IMG/VR virus record: IMGVR_UViG_2778260994_000001
DNA: 64,000 bases
Strand: one strand, 5' to 3'
Origin: a virus
Lineage: Duplodnaviria; Heunggongvirae; Uroviricota; Caudoviricetes
Part shown: piece after piece, positions 1-9,726 of the stretch
Layout: each line of letters opens with the position of its first letter
Numbering within the stretch: the stretch's first letter is position 1
Notes under the pieces: model-generated
Told to the model about the DNA's origin: nothing
The model's input: the letters and a program-made list of their open reading frames with translations, nothing else
Databases searched by the model: none
Made by a program: the position numbers and the translations under genes

Positions 1-1484
1 TATTCATTAAGCCATGCCAGAGCTTCATCAACCTGCGCTTCGTCTTCGACGCTAAGCACTTCATCCTGGGGAACATAATCCGCCAGCATAGCGAAACAAT
101 ATGTATCCCAATGGTCTGGTGAGTGCAGGTTGAGTTTTTTCTTCATATCCTCCTTACTCATCACCTTCCATTGACCTGCGGAGTTAATCCCTACAGGGAT
201 TTTCGACGCTTCCTCAATAGTTTCATTACCCTTATCCAGTCTCATACGACCAGATTTTACGGCCTCTGCGGCTTGAACGTTGGCATAAGCACGTTTATCA
301 AAGTACAGGCTCTTATCTTCACGGCTATGCATCTTTTTACCCCAGCGTATACGCTGTACGGTAATACCATAATACTCGTACATCAGATCCGCCGTTGCTT
401 TACCCAAGCCATCGCCGTCTATCGCTATGGTGATATTTGGGAATCGCTCAGGATTGCATTCTGCGAAAATTTTGGCGGCAAGCTGCGTTTCTGTAACGTC
501 TGTGTATTCCAGCATTCGATAGTTGATTACACGGCGTTTATTTCGCTGGCCGGACACCATCATGATATTGATAACGGACTTATCCCGTCCCGTACCACCA
601 GCAACGTCCACACATGCAAGCCAGCCCCATCCTTTGGCAATCTTGACTTTCCGCCGCGTTGCACGTTCAACCTCATCACGTCCAAGAAGGAAGCCATCCT
701 GTGATTTAGGGAATAGGCCGCGTACCTTAATCATGTACATAGGGTTATCACGCCCGCCGTACTCCGCCAGCTTCATTTTGATAAATGCTGGCGTTACCAG
801 CGGTGATTCCTCACTGTTAAGCGTGATCGCCGTATAAACGCCATCAGGGTTACCAGGACGCTTGGCCAGTTTATGGTGTGTATCGTAGAAATAGCCGCTT
901 GGGCGTGTAGGCTGTGACAGTAATAAGATGCGGTTATCCTGTCCGGTAAGAGCACCGGTGATGATACCGAAAGCTCTATCACTGACACCGGAGGCTTCAT
1001 CGATAATATACAGAAGATGATCTGCGTGTTCACCGGCGAGAGCTTCTTCACTTCCCAGACGAAAGCCCTTCGGTACTACAGTCCATACACCTTTACCAGT
1101 AACCTCATAGAAAGCGGTTTCTGTCAGAACAAAATAATCAGCAAGCCATGGGAAACGGCTGGTGGCAGTAGCCCAGTTTATCTTGATGTACTTGAATATA
1201 CCGGTCATTACCTGCTGAATTTTGTTCGCAACGATAATGGCGCGGGCACCGGGATACATGATTATGAACAACATGATCATGATAGAAGTCATGTCTGATT
1301 TCCCGGTACCGTGACCAGACGAAACAGATGTCTTGCTACCCTGTTCCTGCACAGACTCAATAATCAGATCCTGCTGCCAGGTAGGTGTTTTGCCGAACAA
1401 AACATCAGCGGCAGCAATCCAGTCATAACGATATAGCGCCACCAGCTCGCGCCAACGTGGATCCGTTACGCAACTTCTGGCCAT
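1..1484 (-). CDS. pacB: Terminase large subunit PacB-like, C-terminus truncated by window edge
   Basis: Reverse translation from ATG at 1484 gives [14 protein letters not shown]... with Walker A (GHGTGKS) and Walker B ([11 protein letters not shown]); start overlaps pacA stop (TAATG). Confidence 0.85.
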   Translation of the reverse strand, partial: MARSCVTDPRWRELVALYRYDWIAAADVLFGKTPTWQQDLIIESVQEQGSKTSVSSGHGTGKSDMTSIMIMLFIIMYPGARAIIVANKIQQVMTGIFKYIKINWATATSRFPWLADYFVLTETAFYEVTGKGVWTVVPKGFRLGSEEALAGEHADHLLYIIDEASGVSDRAFGIITGALTGQDNRILLLSQPTRPSGYFYDTHHKLAKRPGNPDGVYTAITLNSEESPLVTPAFIKMKLAEYGGRDNPMYMIKVRGLFPKSQDGFLLGRDEVERATRRKVKIAKGWGWLACVDVAGGTGRDKSVINIMMVSGQRNKRRVINYRMLEYTDVTETQLAAKIFAECNPERFPNITIAIDGDGLGKATADLMYEYYGITVQRIRWGKKMHSREDKSLYFDKRAYANVQAAEAVKSGRMRLDKGNETIEEASKIPVGINSAGQWKVMSKEDMKKKLNLHSPDHWDTYCFAMLADYVPQDEVLSVEDEAQVDEALAWLNE

Positions 1485-2677
1485 TAATCATCATCCCCGT
1501 ATAGCTTGCGGGTAACTTCTTCGTCTTCCTCCTCGTCTTCGTCCAGGTCTTGTTCCAGCCATGGGTCGTTTGATACACCTTCAGTATCAACATCTCCATA
1601 ACCGCCTGTATCAACGATATCGGCGATTTCTTCCCTACGCTGCTCAATCCACAATGCGGCATCGGCGCGGCGGTTGGCGGCCCGTTCTCGCGCAACTTTG
1701 TCCAGATCTTCAAGAGAAGGGCCACCGACGGCTGTTTGCCTTTCCTCATCATCGGTATTGGTCTTCGGAGCACGCAGATCGGCTTTGATTTGCTCCAGCA
1801 TCAGGGGCGGCACTTTCCCGCCATGCGCCTCGATGAATTCAGCTGCTTCCAGCACTGACCAGTTATTTTCACGCTTTCGTTCGTATGCCAGCTTAACAAT
1901 GCCAGCTTGCCCCATAGACAAAGCGTGCTTTTCCGCCTCCCGGCTTTCTTTTCGATAGTTATTCCGGATGCTGTAAATGGTGTTGATCAGGCTGCTTATC
2001 TGCGCGGAACAGCTGTTTAGCATGCTCGCGATACGGTATTCAGGCGGAGTACCTTCATCATCGTCCTTTTGCTGATCGCGCATTTCCTGCACCAGGCGAA
2101 TACACGTATCCCTGGCGTTCTCCAGCATAAGGAGATGAGAAAGAGACTTTTCAAGAAGAGTGGTTTCCAGAACATCGGCCCCGGACCGACGCAACATAGC
2201 GCGCGCGGCCTTCCGCGCTTCAACGTTATCTATCAGGTAATCGCCAGCTTCGAATTCAAAGCGTTCACCATCATCATCCAGGGTGTCGCGTTCCAGGCGA
2301 TCACGTAAGGTCCGGTGGGCGCGGGTGATCACGTCATGATCATCTGAACGATCATTTATGCGCTTATTTTGGCGCTTCGCATTCTCGACTGCGGCACTGA
2401 CAACGGCATTAACTCTCTGTTTTTCCGCTATTTCAGCCGCAATATGATCACCTGCATGTTGATCATTAGAGTGATCAATGATCATGCTTTTTAGTGGCTT
2501 CCTGACTGGCTTATTTGGCTTGCGGCTGTCCGCAGTCCTGGTGTCTTCTTTGAAGGCACGGAGATAACGACGTGCGGTATTAGGGTTAAGATTAAACTCG
2601 GCGGCATACTGTGCGATGGTGTAACCACCATCTCGCGCCAGGCGAGCAAAATTCTTTTTGTGATCGTCCCAGGTCAC
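1484..2677 (-). CDS. pacA: Terminase small/pac-recognition subunit PacA-like (397 aa)
   Basis: 397 aa ORF with N-terminal HTH-like segment ([20 protein letters not shown]), directly upstream of pacB; length matches P1 PacA as recalled. Confidence 0.8.
   Translation of the reverse strand: MTWDDHKKNFARLARDGGYTIAQYAAEFNLNPNTARRYLRAFKEDTRTADSRKPNKPVRKPLKSMIIDHSNDQHAGDHIAAEIAEKQRVNAVVSAAVENAKRQNKRINDRSDDHDVITRAHRTLRDRLERDTLDDDGERFEFEAGDYLIDNVEARKAARAMLRRSGADVLETTLLEKSLSHLLMLENARDTCIRLVQEMRDQQKDDDEGTPPEYRIASMLNSCSAQISSLINTIYSIRNNYRKESREAEKHALSMGQAGIVKLAYERKRENNWSVLEAAEFIEAHGGKVPPLMLEQIKADLRAPKTNTDDEERQTAVGGPSLEDLDKVARERAANRRADAALWIEQRREEIADIVDTGGYGDVDTEGVSNDPWLEQDLDEDEEEDEEVTRKLYGDDD
2299..2484. 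other. Candidate pac packaging site: two clusters of GATC-containing hexamers (TGATCA/CGATCA) inside pacA
   Basis: GATC at 2299, TGATCA at 2326 and 2337, CGATCA at 2349; TGATCA at 2445, 2460, 2472, 2479; P1 pac is known to be Dam-regulated hexamer clusters within pacA. Confidence 0.55.
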
Positions 2678-2762
2678 TTATGCTTCCTTTCGTAAAAACT
2701 CTTTTTGACGCGAGGGTAACGAAAGTCACATGTCAAAAGGCCCGGAACGGGCAAGCAATCAA

Positions 2763-3215
2763 TCAGATACGTGCGGATGTGGCATTACCGTAATGACGGT
2801 GCTGACGGGCCACCTTATTGAAAAGTTGACGCGCCATTACCCAAGGCTGGTGCTCCCGGCGTTCCTTTTCGTCCTGCGTCATATAGAGTTCGTTCTGGAG
2901 TTTTTCATCAAACCGGCGCGGAGCGCGGCTACGGCGAAAGAATTCAGGATTCAGAGAGTGGATCTGAAATCTACGTGGGCGTGTACTGTCATCAATCAAA
3001 ACAGACGAATACTTAGACACAGCGATAGCCTTTAAGCGCAGATAAACATCGCGCTTATCGACATCCAGATGCGGGTATTCCTTTTCAAGAATTGCTGCGA
3101 GTTCTTTCGCTGATAGAAGAGATTTAGTGCGGATCATGTAATCCGCAATCTCGTACGATGTTATTCGTGAGTGTTTTATTTCCATGAAGTGGCGTCCCTG
3201 CCAGTTAAGTAACAT
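2763..3215 (-). CDS. Hypothetical protein (150 aa)
   Basis: ORF between pacA and the doc-proximal genes; no recognisable motifs. Confidence 0.55.
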   Translation of the reverse strand: MLLNWQGRHFMEIKHSRITSYEIADYMIRTKSLLSAKELAAILEKEYPHLDVDKRDVYLRLKAIAVSKYSSVLIDDSTRPRRFQIHSLNPEFFRRSRAPRRFDEKLQNELYMTQDEKERREHQPWVMARQLFNKVARQHRHYGNATSARI

Positions 3216-3285
3216 CCTGTCACCTACTGATTAGCCCATGTCAACTAATCAACGTGGAATATAATACCCTCGATTAAAGAAATAG

Positions 3286-3302
3286 CAATACATTAGAGCA
3301 AT
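3286..3302 (-). promoter_or_regulatory. C1-operator-like 17-mer (ATTGCTCTAATGTATTG, 14/17 to consensus)
   Basis: Minus-strand match to ATTGCTCTAATAAATTT, located between two minus-strand genes. Confidence 0.4.
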
Positions 3303-3303
3303 T

Positions 3304-4347
3304 TTATCTAACGCTCGACGAGTGACTTGTGATAGCGCCGACTCCAAGCGCGTAATCAAAGAACAATCGTTGATGCATCGCCAGCCTACCGTGCGTCTTC
3401 TCCCAATTATCGCGGTCACGCTCAATATCACGCTGGCATGACTGGCACAGAGGAATTGCGTAAATGTCATGCGCGCATAATCGACTATGACGAACGATAT
3501 AAGGCGTAATGTGAGCGCCAGCTCCCGCCGCTCCACACCCACAGCATGGACGGGAAGCAACAAAGTCCATGTACTCAGGTAATTTTAGCGATTGCAGTTT
3601 TGGTATTTTGAAATGCGCCATGCCAGGGTCGGAGTCAACATCCACAGAGCATACTTTTGCACGCATCGGCGCGGCGCGTTCTTCCATCATCTGAACATAT
3701 GCTGTAGCGCGATCGTCATACGGGCGAATATCTGCCTCTTTCAGAGGTCCGCTATCCTGCGTTGCGGCTTTCATCTTATTTATTGATATACGGCAAACTT
3801 CTTCCGGCATCAGGTGCATCATGTTGCGCATGAAAGCCCACCAGCACAGTTCCTGAATACTTAAATCATGGCCATCTGAAAGCCCCATTTCCTGACGGGC
3901 GACATCCAGTATCCAGTTAACGCGATTATTATGCAGCGTTTCTTTCAGCTCATTAAAACCACGCATCCGGTAATGGTTATCGTGATGCCAGCACAACAAC
4001 ACCGCGCTATTGTCTCGTTCAGCGTGGACAATATGGTTGTCACACCAACTACGATCTGCGGCCTGGCATTGACCCTCTTTCCTACGCAACCACGCCACCA
4101 GCGCGTCAATTCCACCAATACGGCGAAACAGTTCATCGCTGTTAAAAAACGGCTGCAACGCCTCATTTGTTGCCATAGTTTGCTCGGAAACAACGAGGCC
4201 GTCGTCCATGTGCTCGATTAACTCACGCGGCACCGGCTCCATAATAAATTTACGGCCAGCCTCCACCAGCTTTCTGACTTCCTGATCCACTTTGAATGTG
4301 GCGACGCCAAGCTCTTTTTGTACAAAGGGAGTAATTACGGCTTTCAC
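3304..4347 (-). CDS. Hypothetical Cys-rich protein (347 aa), possible zinc-binding/HNH-like C-terminus
   Basis: C-terminal CCGCG...CAHD...CQSCQ cysteine cluster; function not assignable from sequence. Confidence 0.6.
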   Translation of the reverse strand: MKAVITPFVQKELGVATFKVDQEVRKLVEAGRKFIMEPVPRELIEHMDDGLVVSEQTMATNEALQPFFNSDELFRRIGGIDALVAWLRRKEGQCQAADRSWCDNHIVHAERDNSAVLLCWHHDNHYRMRGFNELKETLHNNRVNWILDVARQEMGLSDGHDLSIQELCWWAFMRNMMHLMPEEVCRISINKMKAATQDSGPLKEADIRPYDDRATAYVQMMEERAAPMRAKVCSVDVDSDPGMAHFKIPKLQSLKLPEYMDFVASRPCCGCGAAGAGAHITPYIVRHSRLCAHDIYAIPLCQSCQRDIERDRDNWEKTHGRLAMHQRLFFDYALGVGAITSHSSSVR

Positions 4348-4558
4348 ATCACACCTTTCATCACTGATTGGGCTTTATCTGCTGCCCGGCATTCTCTGTT
4401 TAAGCACAACCATTTCCTGACGGCATAACACAGCAATAGCGGTCCTGGCACCAATTTGCTTACCAACCAGGTATTGCTTTACCTCGCGGCGACTCACGCC
4501 ATCAAGAAGCATCTTTAACGCTCTACGGGACAATTTGTTGTATTTACGTGCCATTGAT

Positions 4559-4939
4559 CTACTCCGCAGAACCATACAATCTACGTAACGTGGCGGCGAC
4601 AGTAGATACAGATATCTCTCCGGTCGCAGCCCCTACGGTAAGGTCTACCAGTTCAGGGGAGTCAAATACCTGCACCCCGTTACGGCGTAGAAATAACAGC
4701 GCACTGTTTAGCGCGGTACGCTTATTGGCATCATTGAATATATGCCCTCTCGCTGTAGCCACCAGGTAGGTGGCGGAGACTTCGAAAAGGTCGGTGATCT
4801 CTTCGTAGGCAACTCTGGCCTGAACTCTCCCGATAATGGCCTCTGCCCTACCCGGATCTGACATTCCCGGCAGGCCGCCGTAGCGGTTTATATTCGCATC
4901 ATGAAGCGCAATAAGTTCTTCCGGTGATATATGCCTCAT
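4559..4939 (-). CDS. doc: Doc toxin (Fic-family death-on-curing protein)
   Basis: 126 aa [22 protein letters not shown]...; near-identical to P1 Doc as recalled; start overlaps phd stop. Confidence 0.95.
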   Translation of the reverse strand: MRHISPEELIALHDANINRYGGLPGMSDPGRAEAIIGRVQARVAYEEITDLFEVSATYLVATARGHIFNDANKRTALNSALLFLRRNGVQVFDSPELVDLTVGAATGEISVSTVAATLRRLYGSAE

Positions 4940-5166
4940 TATCGGTTAACCAGTTCCTTGTTGGTGGAGTCCAGGGTGTCAAACAGGGATGCAAATTCAG
5001 CATCCAGCGCCGCTTTTTTGTAGGCTTCGAAAGTAGCCTTGCTGACAATTACTGCTGGCTCACGGCCTCTGCGGGTGATTTCAACCTCTTCCCCGGCTTC
5101 AACATTGTTGAGCACTTCAGAAAGGTTGCCGCGCGCGGTACGGAAGTTAATGGATCGCATAAACAC
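4939..5166 (-). CDS. phd: Phd antitoxin (start may be the third codon, giving 73 aa)
   Basis: ...[47 protein letters not shown]...; matches P1 Phd as recalled. Confidence 0.95.
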   Translation of the reverse strand: MFMRSINFRTARGNLSEVLNNVEAGEEVEITRRGREPAVIVSKATFEAYKKAALDAEFASLFDTLDSTNKELVNR

Positions 5167-5232
5167 CTCGTGTACTCGTTATGTGTACACAATTATAAAC
5201 TTCACAGGCATAAAGCACCAGCACTTTGCAGC

Positions 5233-5622
5233 TTAAATCACCGGACAATCATCAAATTCCCCACTTCGGGCATCATTGATGACATGAGTGATCACACCAA
5301 AAACAGCATTACTGCCCGTGTATCCATCGTCATCTACTGGTAACGCCTCTTTCTTCCCGGTGCTTAAATCCTCCAGGTGCTGGCGCGGATACTTCCTGTA
5401 TCTCTTTATGCGATATTCACCCTCCATAGCGCACACAAGCAGAGAACCATCAACCGGAGTAAGCGAGGAATCAACCACCAGCAAAGCACCCTGCAATATT
5501 CCCTCACGGTGATGGCTATCAGCTGCCCGCATGAAGTAGGTTGCTGATGGATGCCTGATTAGTTGCTGATCAAGAGAAATTCGGCTTTCAACATAATCCG
5601 CCGCAGGAGAAGGGAAGCCCAT
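5233..5622 (-). CDS. humD: UmuD'-like SOS mutagenesis protein (S24 LexA-like peptidase fold)
   Basis: 129 aa, UmuD-like C-terminal domain; GAGGTG RBS 9 nt upstream; LexA box immediately upstream. Confidence 0.85.
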   Translation of the reverse strand: MGFPSPAADYVESRISLDQQLIRHPSATYFMRAADSHHREGILQGALLVVDSSLTPVDGSLLVCAMEGEYRIKRYRKYPRQHLEDLSTGKKEALPVDDDGYTGSNAVFGVITHVINDARSGEFDDCPVI

Positions 5623-5641
5623 AGCGTTTTCACCTCAATAA

Positions 5642-5661
5642 TACTGTTCATTTATACAGTA
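5642..5661. promoter_or_regulatory. LexA (SOS) box in the humD / 5797 divergent region
   Basis: TACTGTTCATTTATACAGTA fits CTGT-N8-ACAG with flanking TA/TA. Confidence 0.7.
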
Positions 5662-5796
5662 TACATTAAAGAGACACCTTTGGTGCAAACGCGTTACGTA
5701 CATCAACAACCGCTGATGATTTTGTGCGCTTTGCTACTATTCATCACCAACGGATCAGCGTAACCTCGTTGCCAATCAGTTAATAAGGAATTAGCT

Positions 5797-6369
5797 ATGC
5801 CTAATCGCATTCCTCTCGATCCTGTATTGCCCAAAAATTTTGACTGCACTCCTAACGAGAAACGCTCTAAAGCTCAGCTGGACGCCTGGTGGGACCATCC
5901 CTATGGGGTTACAGAACATGACGGGAAAATTGTTGTTTATTGTCTGAATGGTGGCGCGTGGGACCGTCCATCCGTGCTTGGTTTGGCAAATAACTATGAT
6001 GAAGCCTGTGAACTTGCCGAAAGACAGCAGGCTAGATGGGTGAAAACACGGTCACAGCCGACATTCATGTTTTCAAAAGAACCGCCATTTATACTGGCGA
6101 GGATGCCGCAGCGACCGGATCATCAACAAGAAATTGTTGCTGAATTTTCCTCAAGGGATGAGATGAATCTCTTCTCATTAAAGCAGGAAGAAAGGGAGCG
6201 CGTCGAAGTGCCTCCAACTCTCGACCACAACCGGATGAACCTGGCCCAACTCGCCTGGTACAGCAAAGAATTAGAGATGTCTATTGCCCGACTTGAAAAC
6301 GAAAAAGCCGCTATCCAAGCCCAGCATGAAGCTGTCATTGCCAGGATACGAGAAGTTCAAAACGGTTAA
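5797..6369 (+). CDS. Hypothetical protein (190 aa), divergent from humD across the LexA box
   Basis: ATG with AGGAA RBS; C-terminal coiled-coil-like segment; occupies the position of P1 lxr as recalled. Confidence 0.6.
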   Translation: MPNRIPLDPVLPKNFDCTPNEKRSKAQLDAWWDHPYGVTEHDGKIVVYCLNGGAWDRPSVLGLANNYDEACELAERQQARWVKTRSQPTFMFSKEPPFILARMPQRPDHQQEIVAEFSSRDEMNLFSLKQEERERVEVPPTLDHNRMNLAQLAWYSKELEMSIARLENEKAAIQAQHEAVIARIREVQNG

Positions 6370-6375
6370 CTACCG

Positions 6376-6639
6376 CTATTTCTTTACGGCATCATCTTTC
6401 TGATATGCCGGATCGCTCCCTTTTGGCAACTGGAGGCTTAACTGCCGGTAGTGCCGTAGCCGTTCCATGAAATAGGTGCGCAGATTCTCTGGTTGCTCGC
6501 GGGCTACCTGTTCAGCTATGACAGGTATGTTCAATCGCTCTTTGTACGCCACACCGCTGGCAGCCAGATCAACGTTAACCTTATCCCGTTCTTCCTGACT
6601 TTTAGCTGCAATATTCCAATCGTACATATCAAATCCCAT
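6376..6639 (-). CDS. hot: Homolog of DNA polymerase III theta subunit (HolE)
   Basis: [43 protein letters not shown] aligns with E. coli theta as recalled. Confidence 0.8.
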   Translation of the reverse strand: MGFDMYDWNIAAKSQEERDKVNVDLAASGVAYKERLNIPVIAEQVAREQPENLRTYFMERLRHYRQLSLQLPKGSDPAYQKDDAVKK

Positions 6640-7076
6640 CCAGAATAATTGAGTAACGACTATTATTTAACCAGCAAAGTAACTTTTAATTTTTTTTCTT
6701 CTCCCATTGATTTTTGTGCACAGCTTATCTGCCTTGCCGTGCGCAGAATCAACTTTTTTCTTCCTGATTTATCCACAAAGTTATGCACTTGCAAGAGGGC
6801 CATTTTCTAAATATTGTGATGTTTCACAAATGAAATGAATTTTGATTAATGAAGATAAGGAGAAAATTTGAGATGCAATCATGACGTTAATAGATAGGGT
6901 CTGCATTACAGACCCCACCCGCATCAAGGAATTAGCCGTTCCCTGATGTTGTTCCGAAAACATGTGCCGTAAGCTCACGTTAACGACTTTCTTTCACCGA
7001 ATCCAACTATATAAGGGTTGGGTTTCTACGTCAACGTGAGCAAGTGCTCCTTTACATTTGACAAGGAACCACCTTA

Positions 7077-7214
7077 ATGACTGCTTTTTTTCAGTTCCTG
7101 AGTGCATTTTTAGATGCGCCTGTTATTAGCCAGATTCTGGCTATTATCCTCATCATCGTTTTGATTTTGCTTTTAAGGTCAGTAAAAAATGGAATTATGC
7201 ACTGGCTTACTTAA
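7077..7214 (+). CDS. Small hydrophobic peptide (45 aa), candidate membrane peptide
   Basis: MTAFFQFLSAFLDAPVISQILAIILIIVLILLLRSVKNGIMHWLT; AGGAA 8 nt upstream; below ORF-track cutoff. Confidence 0.35.
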   Translation: MTAFFQFLSAFLDAPVISQILAIILIIVLILLLRSVKNGIMHWLT

Positions 7215-7289
7215 TGTTTCAGTGAAACATTAAAATCTCCTTGATGTGGAAACAATCATTTTCTGTATGTGCTGGTGGGTACCTGTAGT

Positions 7290-7640
7290 TCAGCTTTCGT
7301 TGGCATTTAACTTCGTCTTTGCTTTCTCCACCAGCAACTTCCAGATGCCTATTTCATTAGCAGCCGCCTTGATGGCGGCATAAAAAGCATCTTGCTGATC
7401 GTAACGCTGAATCTGTTTTTTCAGTTTTGCCTCCACCAATTTAATTTCATTACGTGCTTTCTGAAGCCGCCGCGCCGCCCGGTTACGTCTGTTCTTGTAT
7501 AGCGCGTTAATCTCTGACAATTGCTTTAATTTACCAGCCTGACTGCGGATTATCGCCTCTCTGACTTCTGCCGTGCGTCTCATCTGATCTCTTAAGAGTT
7601 CACCGTTTTCGATAATTCTTTCAAGGTGTTTGATGTGCAA
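7290..7640 (-). CDS. Hypothetical coiled-coil protein (116 aa)
   Basis: Charged heptad-like sequence; last gene of a co-directional cluster. Confidence 0.55.
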   Translation of the reverse strand: MHIKHLERIIENGELLRDQMRRTAEVREAIIRSQAGKLKQLSEINALYKNRRNRAARRLQKARNEIKLVEAKLKKQIQRYDQQDAFYAAIKAAANEIGIWKLLVEKAKTKLNANES

Positions 7641-7643
7641 CTC

Positions 7644-8576
7644 TCATACTTCACCCTCGCTTGTATCGCCAGCATCCACCAACGGCAATAAAGCCATGGC
7701 CATCTTATGAACCAACAGAGCATCGATAATGCCAAGCGTATGCCCCGGCTTAATGTTTAATGCCGCCTCAAGGTGACACCTTTCTAGGTCACTTTTCTCG
7801 GCTTGTTTATGATGATCTGGCGTAATAACGTCGCCCAAAACACGGCTAATTCTTTCTCGTAATTGCTGGGTGCCAGCACACTTGACCGCTGTATCGTGGA
7901 GGCGGTTAACCAGTTCGCGATAAACATGCGGCTTAATTCGGATACGTTCACCGGGGACGCCCTTTCCTTTCGCTGGCACCGAACTATCCGGAATGTCCGG
8001 ATAGTTGCCAGCCTCGTAAGCTACCCGCAGCCAGTGCATGAATGTTTCAGTGGACACACAACCACAGTCCACATCGATTTTCCCGCGTTGCTGTTCCAGC
8101 CATTGCCCAAAATCCAACCTGTAAGTCTTACTTTCAAGTTCATCACCATTGAACTCGACTTTCTGCGACGCTATGAGAGCTGATTCGTATTGTTCGCGAG
8201 TGACAACTGACTGGTATTCATCGCTATCAAGGTCACCAATTGGAAGCTCAATCTCACAACAAAAATTGCGCCCAAAGAAAGTGTCTTTTTTGTGGTCTGA
8301 GCCAAAAGCAAAAGTCGCGCATGGTGCCATTAAATTGACACTGGGTAGGTAACAATAACTCATTCCATCAGGCCACCCGCCGCACTTAGGCAGCTCCTTC
8401 ACTAACAAGTCGATAAGCTTCATTTTTTTATCATCTTTGCAAGCCGCCAAAGCCATTTGGGCAAGTGCCAATACTTCATCTGCCGTATATCCAGCACCGT
8501 GACCATACATTTCGATACGGGAAATAGTCTCTGATATACGCTCTTCAGTGATTCTGGTCATTTCTTTTTGCGCCAT
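7644..8576 (-). CDS. Hypothetical protein (310 aa)
   Basis: ORF tightly packed with neighbours; several Cys pairs; no recognisable catalytic motif. Confidence 0.6.
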   Translation of the reverse strand: MAQKEMTRITEERISETISRIEMYGHGAGYTADEVLALAQMALAACKDDKKMKLIDLLVKELPKCGGWPDGMSYCYLPSVNLMAPCATFAFGSDHKKDTFFGRNFCCEIELPIGDLDSDEYQSVVTREQYESALIASQKVEFNGDELESKTYRLDFGQWLEQQRGKIDVDCGCVSTETFMHWLRVAYEAGNYPDIPDSSVPAKGKGVPGERIRIKPHVYRELVNRLHDTAVKCAGTQQLRERISRVLGDVITPDHHKQAEKSDLERCHLEAALNIKPGHTLGIIDALLVHKMAMALLPLVDAGDTSEGEV

Positions 8577-8932
8577 TTCTTTTCACATTCCTTAGTCCAT
8601 TTTTCAATGTTCATTTTGGCAATATCAGTCATTCCATCACCTAAGAAATACTTTCTCCGGTATGTCTTGCACTTAAAACACACTACAACAGCCACCAGCC
8701 AGAAAATAAAAGGCCATACAGCAATACCAACGACAGCCGCGATAAAGCCCAATATCCATAAATGAAGCTCTCCAACTTCTGTTTCCGGCAATATTCTTAA
8801 AGAATTAAACAGCAGGCTGAACGAATGGTCGTATGCATTGGCAGTATAAGACATGCAATCCATATAATTAAAGTCATAGCCTGCGGCTGCCGCCCATAAT
8901 GGGCGGTCAAGAAAATGTTTTAGTGTCATCAT
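8558..8932 (-). CDS. Hypothetical membrane protein (124 aa), Lys-rich C-terminus
   Basis: Central hydrophobic stretch LWILGFIAAVVGIAVWPFIFWLVAVVVCF. Confidence 0.55.
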   Translation of the reverse strand: MMTLKHFLDRPLWAAAAGYDFNYMDCMSYTANAYDHSFSLLFNSLRILPETEVGELHLWILGFIAAVVGIAVWPFIFWLVAVVVCFKCKTYRRKYFLGDGMTDIAKMNIEKWTKECEKKWRKKK

Positions 8933-8938
8933 ATTAAT

Positions 8939-9232
8939 TTAAGGTTCAGACCAGTTATCTTCAATAGCAATGCTTAATCTTTGTAGCCATTCTGCTAATT
9001 TCAGCATTGCTTCTCTTTCGCTTAAACCACGAGGAAAATCATCAAGCGATATTGTTGGCTTGAAGCCCCCGTAATTATCCATTTCAACGGTCAGATTTTG
9101 CTCCAGTACGGTATTCCTTACGCGGCTATTGTGGCGAAGCAAATATACTGAACGTGATTTATTGGTTTTGTGGTCGAGCTGATATTCGGTAAGTATCATC
9201 TGGCTTTTGCCATGACTATTACCTCTCCACAT
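8939..9232 (-). CDS. Hypothetical protein (about 97 aa; ORF extends to 9328 if upstream Met used)
   Basis: The upstream extension overlaps a separate small hydrophobic ORF in another frame, so the internal Met is preferred. Confidence 0.5.
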   Translation of the reverse strand: MWRGNSHGKSQMILTEYQLDHKTNKSRSVYLLRHNSRVRNTVLEQNLTVEMDNYGGFKPTISLDDFPRGLSEREAMLKLAEWLQRLSIAIEDNWSEP

Positions 9233-9239
9233 ACTTACC

Positions 9240-9362
9240 TCACTTAATAAAACAACTCCATGCGTAGTTGATGATTTTTTCCCACGTAATATAAATCTGC
9301 ACTCCGGCAGTAAAACCAAAGCCAACAATTGCTGAAAAAATCAAAACATTTACTTTTGACAT
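9240..9362 (-). CDS. Small hydrophobic peptide (40 aa)
   Basis: MSKVNVLIFSAIVGFGFTAGVQIYITWEKIINYAWSCFIK, first ORF of the 7290-9362 cluster. Confidence 0.3.
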   Translation of the reverse strand: MSKVNVLIFSAIVGFGFTAGVQIYITWEKIINYAWSCFIK

Positions 9363-9410
9363 TATAAATTTTCTCTCGGTGTCGTAGGTGATAGCACCAT
9401 AATTGATAAT

Positions 9411-9662
9411 TTAGTGAGTTAGCAGTTCCATTTTTTGGATGATTTCCGCATGAGTATCATCGTTATCAACACTTAACTCGTTTAATGCCTCTCGCACCAC
9501 ATCAACTTCTTCTGGTTGGAAGAAATCATCTCGGTAGTCACCAAATAGAACCGAAACAAGCCTGCCACCAGCAACATCAAGATTGGCGCTAACAGGTGGC
9601 TCTTTACCATCCTCAAATTCGACTACAAAAGTTATTTTTCCCATCGTTACCACCAGCGACAA
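9411..9662 (-). CDS. Hypothetical acidic protein (83 aa)
   Basis: ORF only. Confidence 0.5.
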   Translation of the reverse strand: MSLVVTMGKITFVVEFEDGKEPPVSANLDVAGGRLVSVLFGDYRDDFFQPEEVDVVREALNELSVDNDDTHAEIIQKMELLTH

Positions 9663-9726
9663 ATTGAATACAAACCCAGTGCTGCCGCCATCACAATTCC
9701 TACCGTGGTGAATGCTTCAGGCCAGC

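Noticed and set aside
123-1298. Several plus-strand ORFs (123-704, 523-837, 1017-1298) in the first 1.3 kb
   Set aside because: They lie antisense to the terminase large-subunit reading frame, which has clear Walker motifs; treated as spurious.
1423-2308. Overlapping alternative-frame ORFs inside pacA (1423-1773, 1561-1788, 1674-1958, 2017-2223, 2069-2308)
   Set aside because: All are embedded in, or antisense to, the 397-aa pacA frame, which has an HTH and is coupled to pacB.
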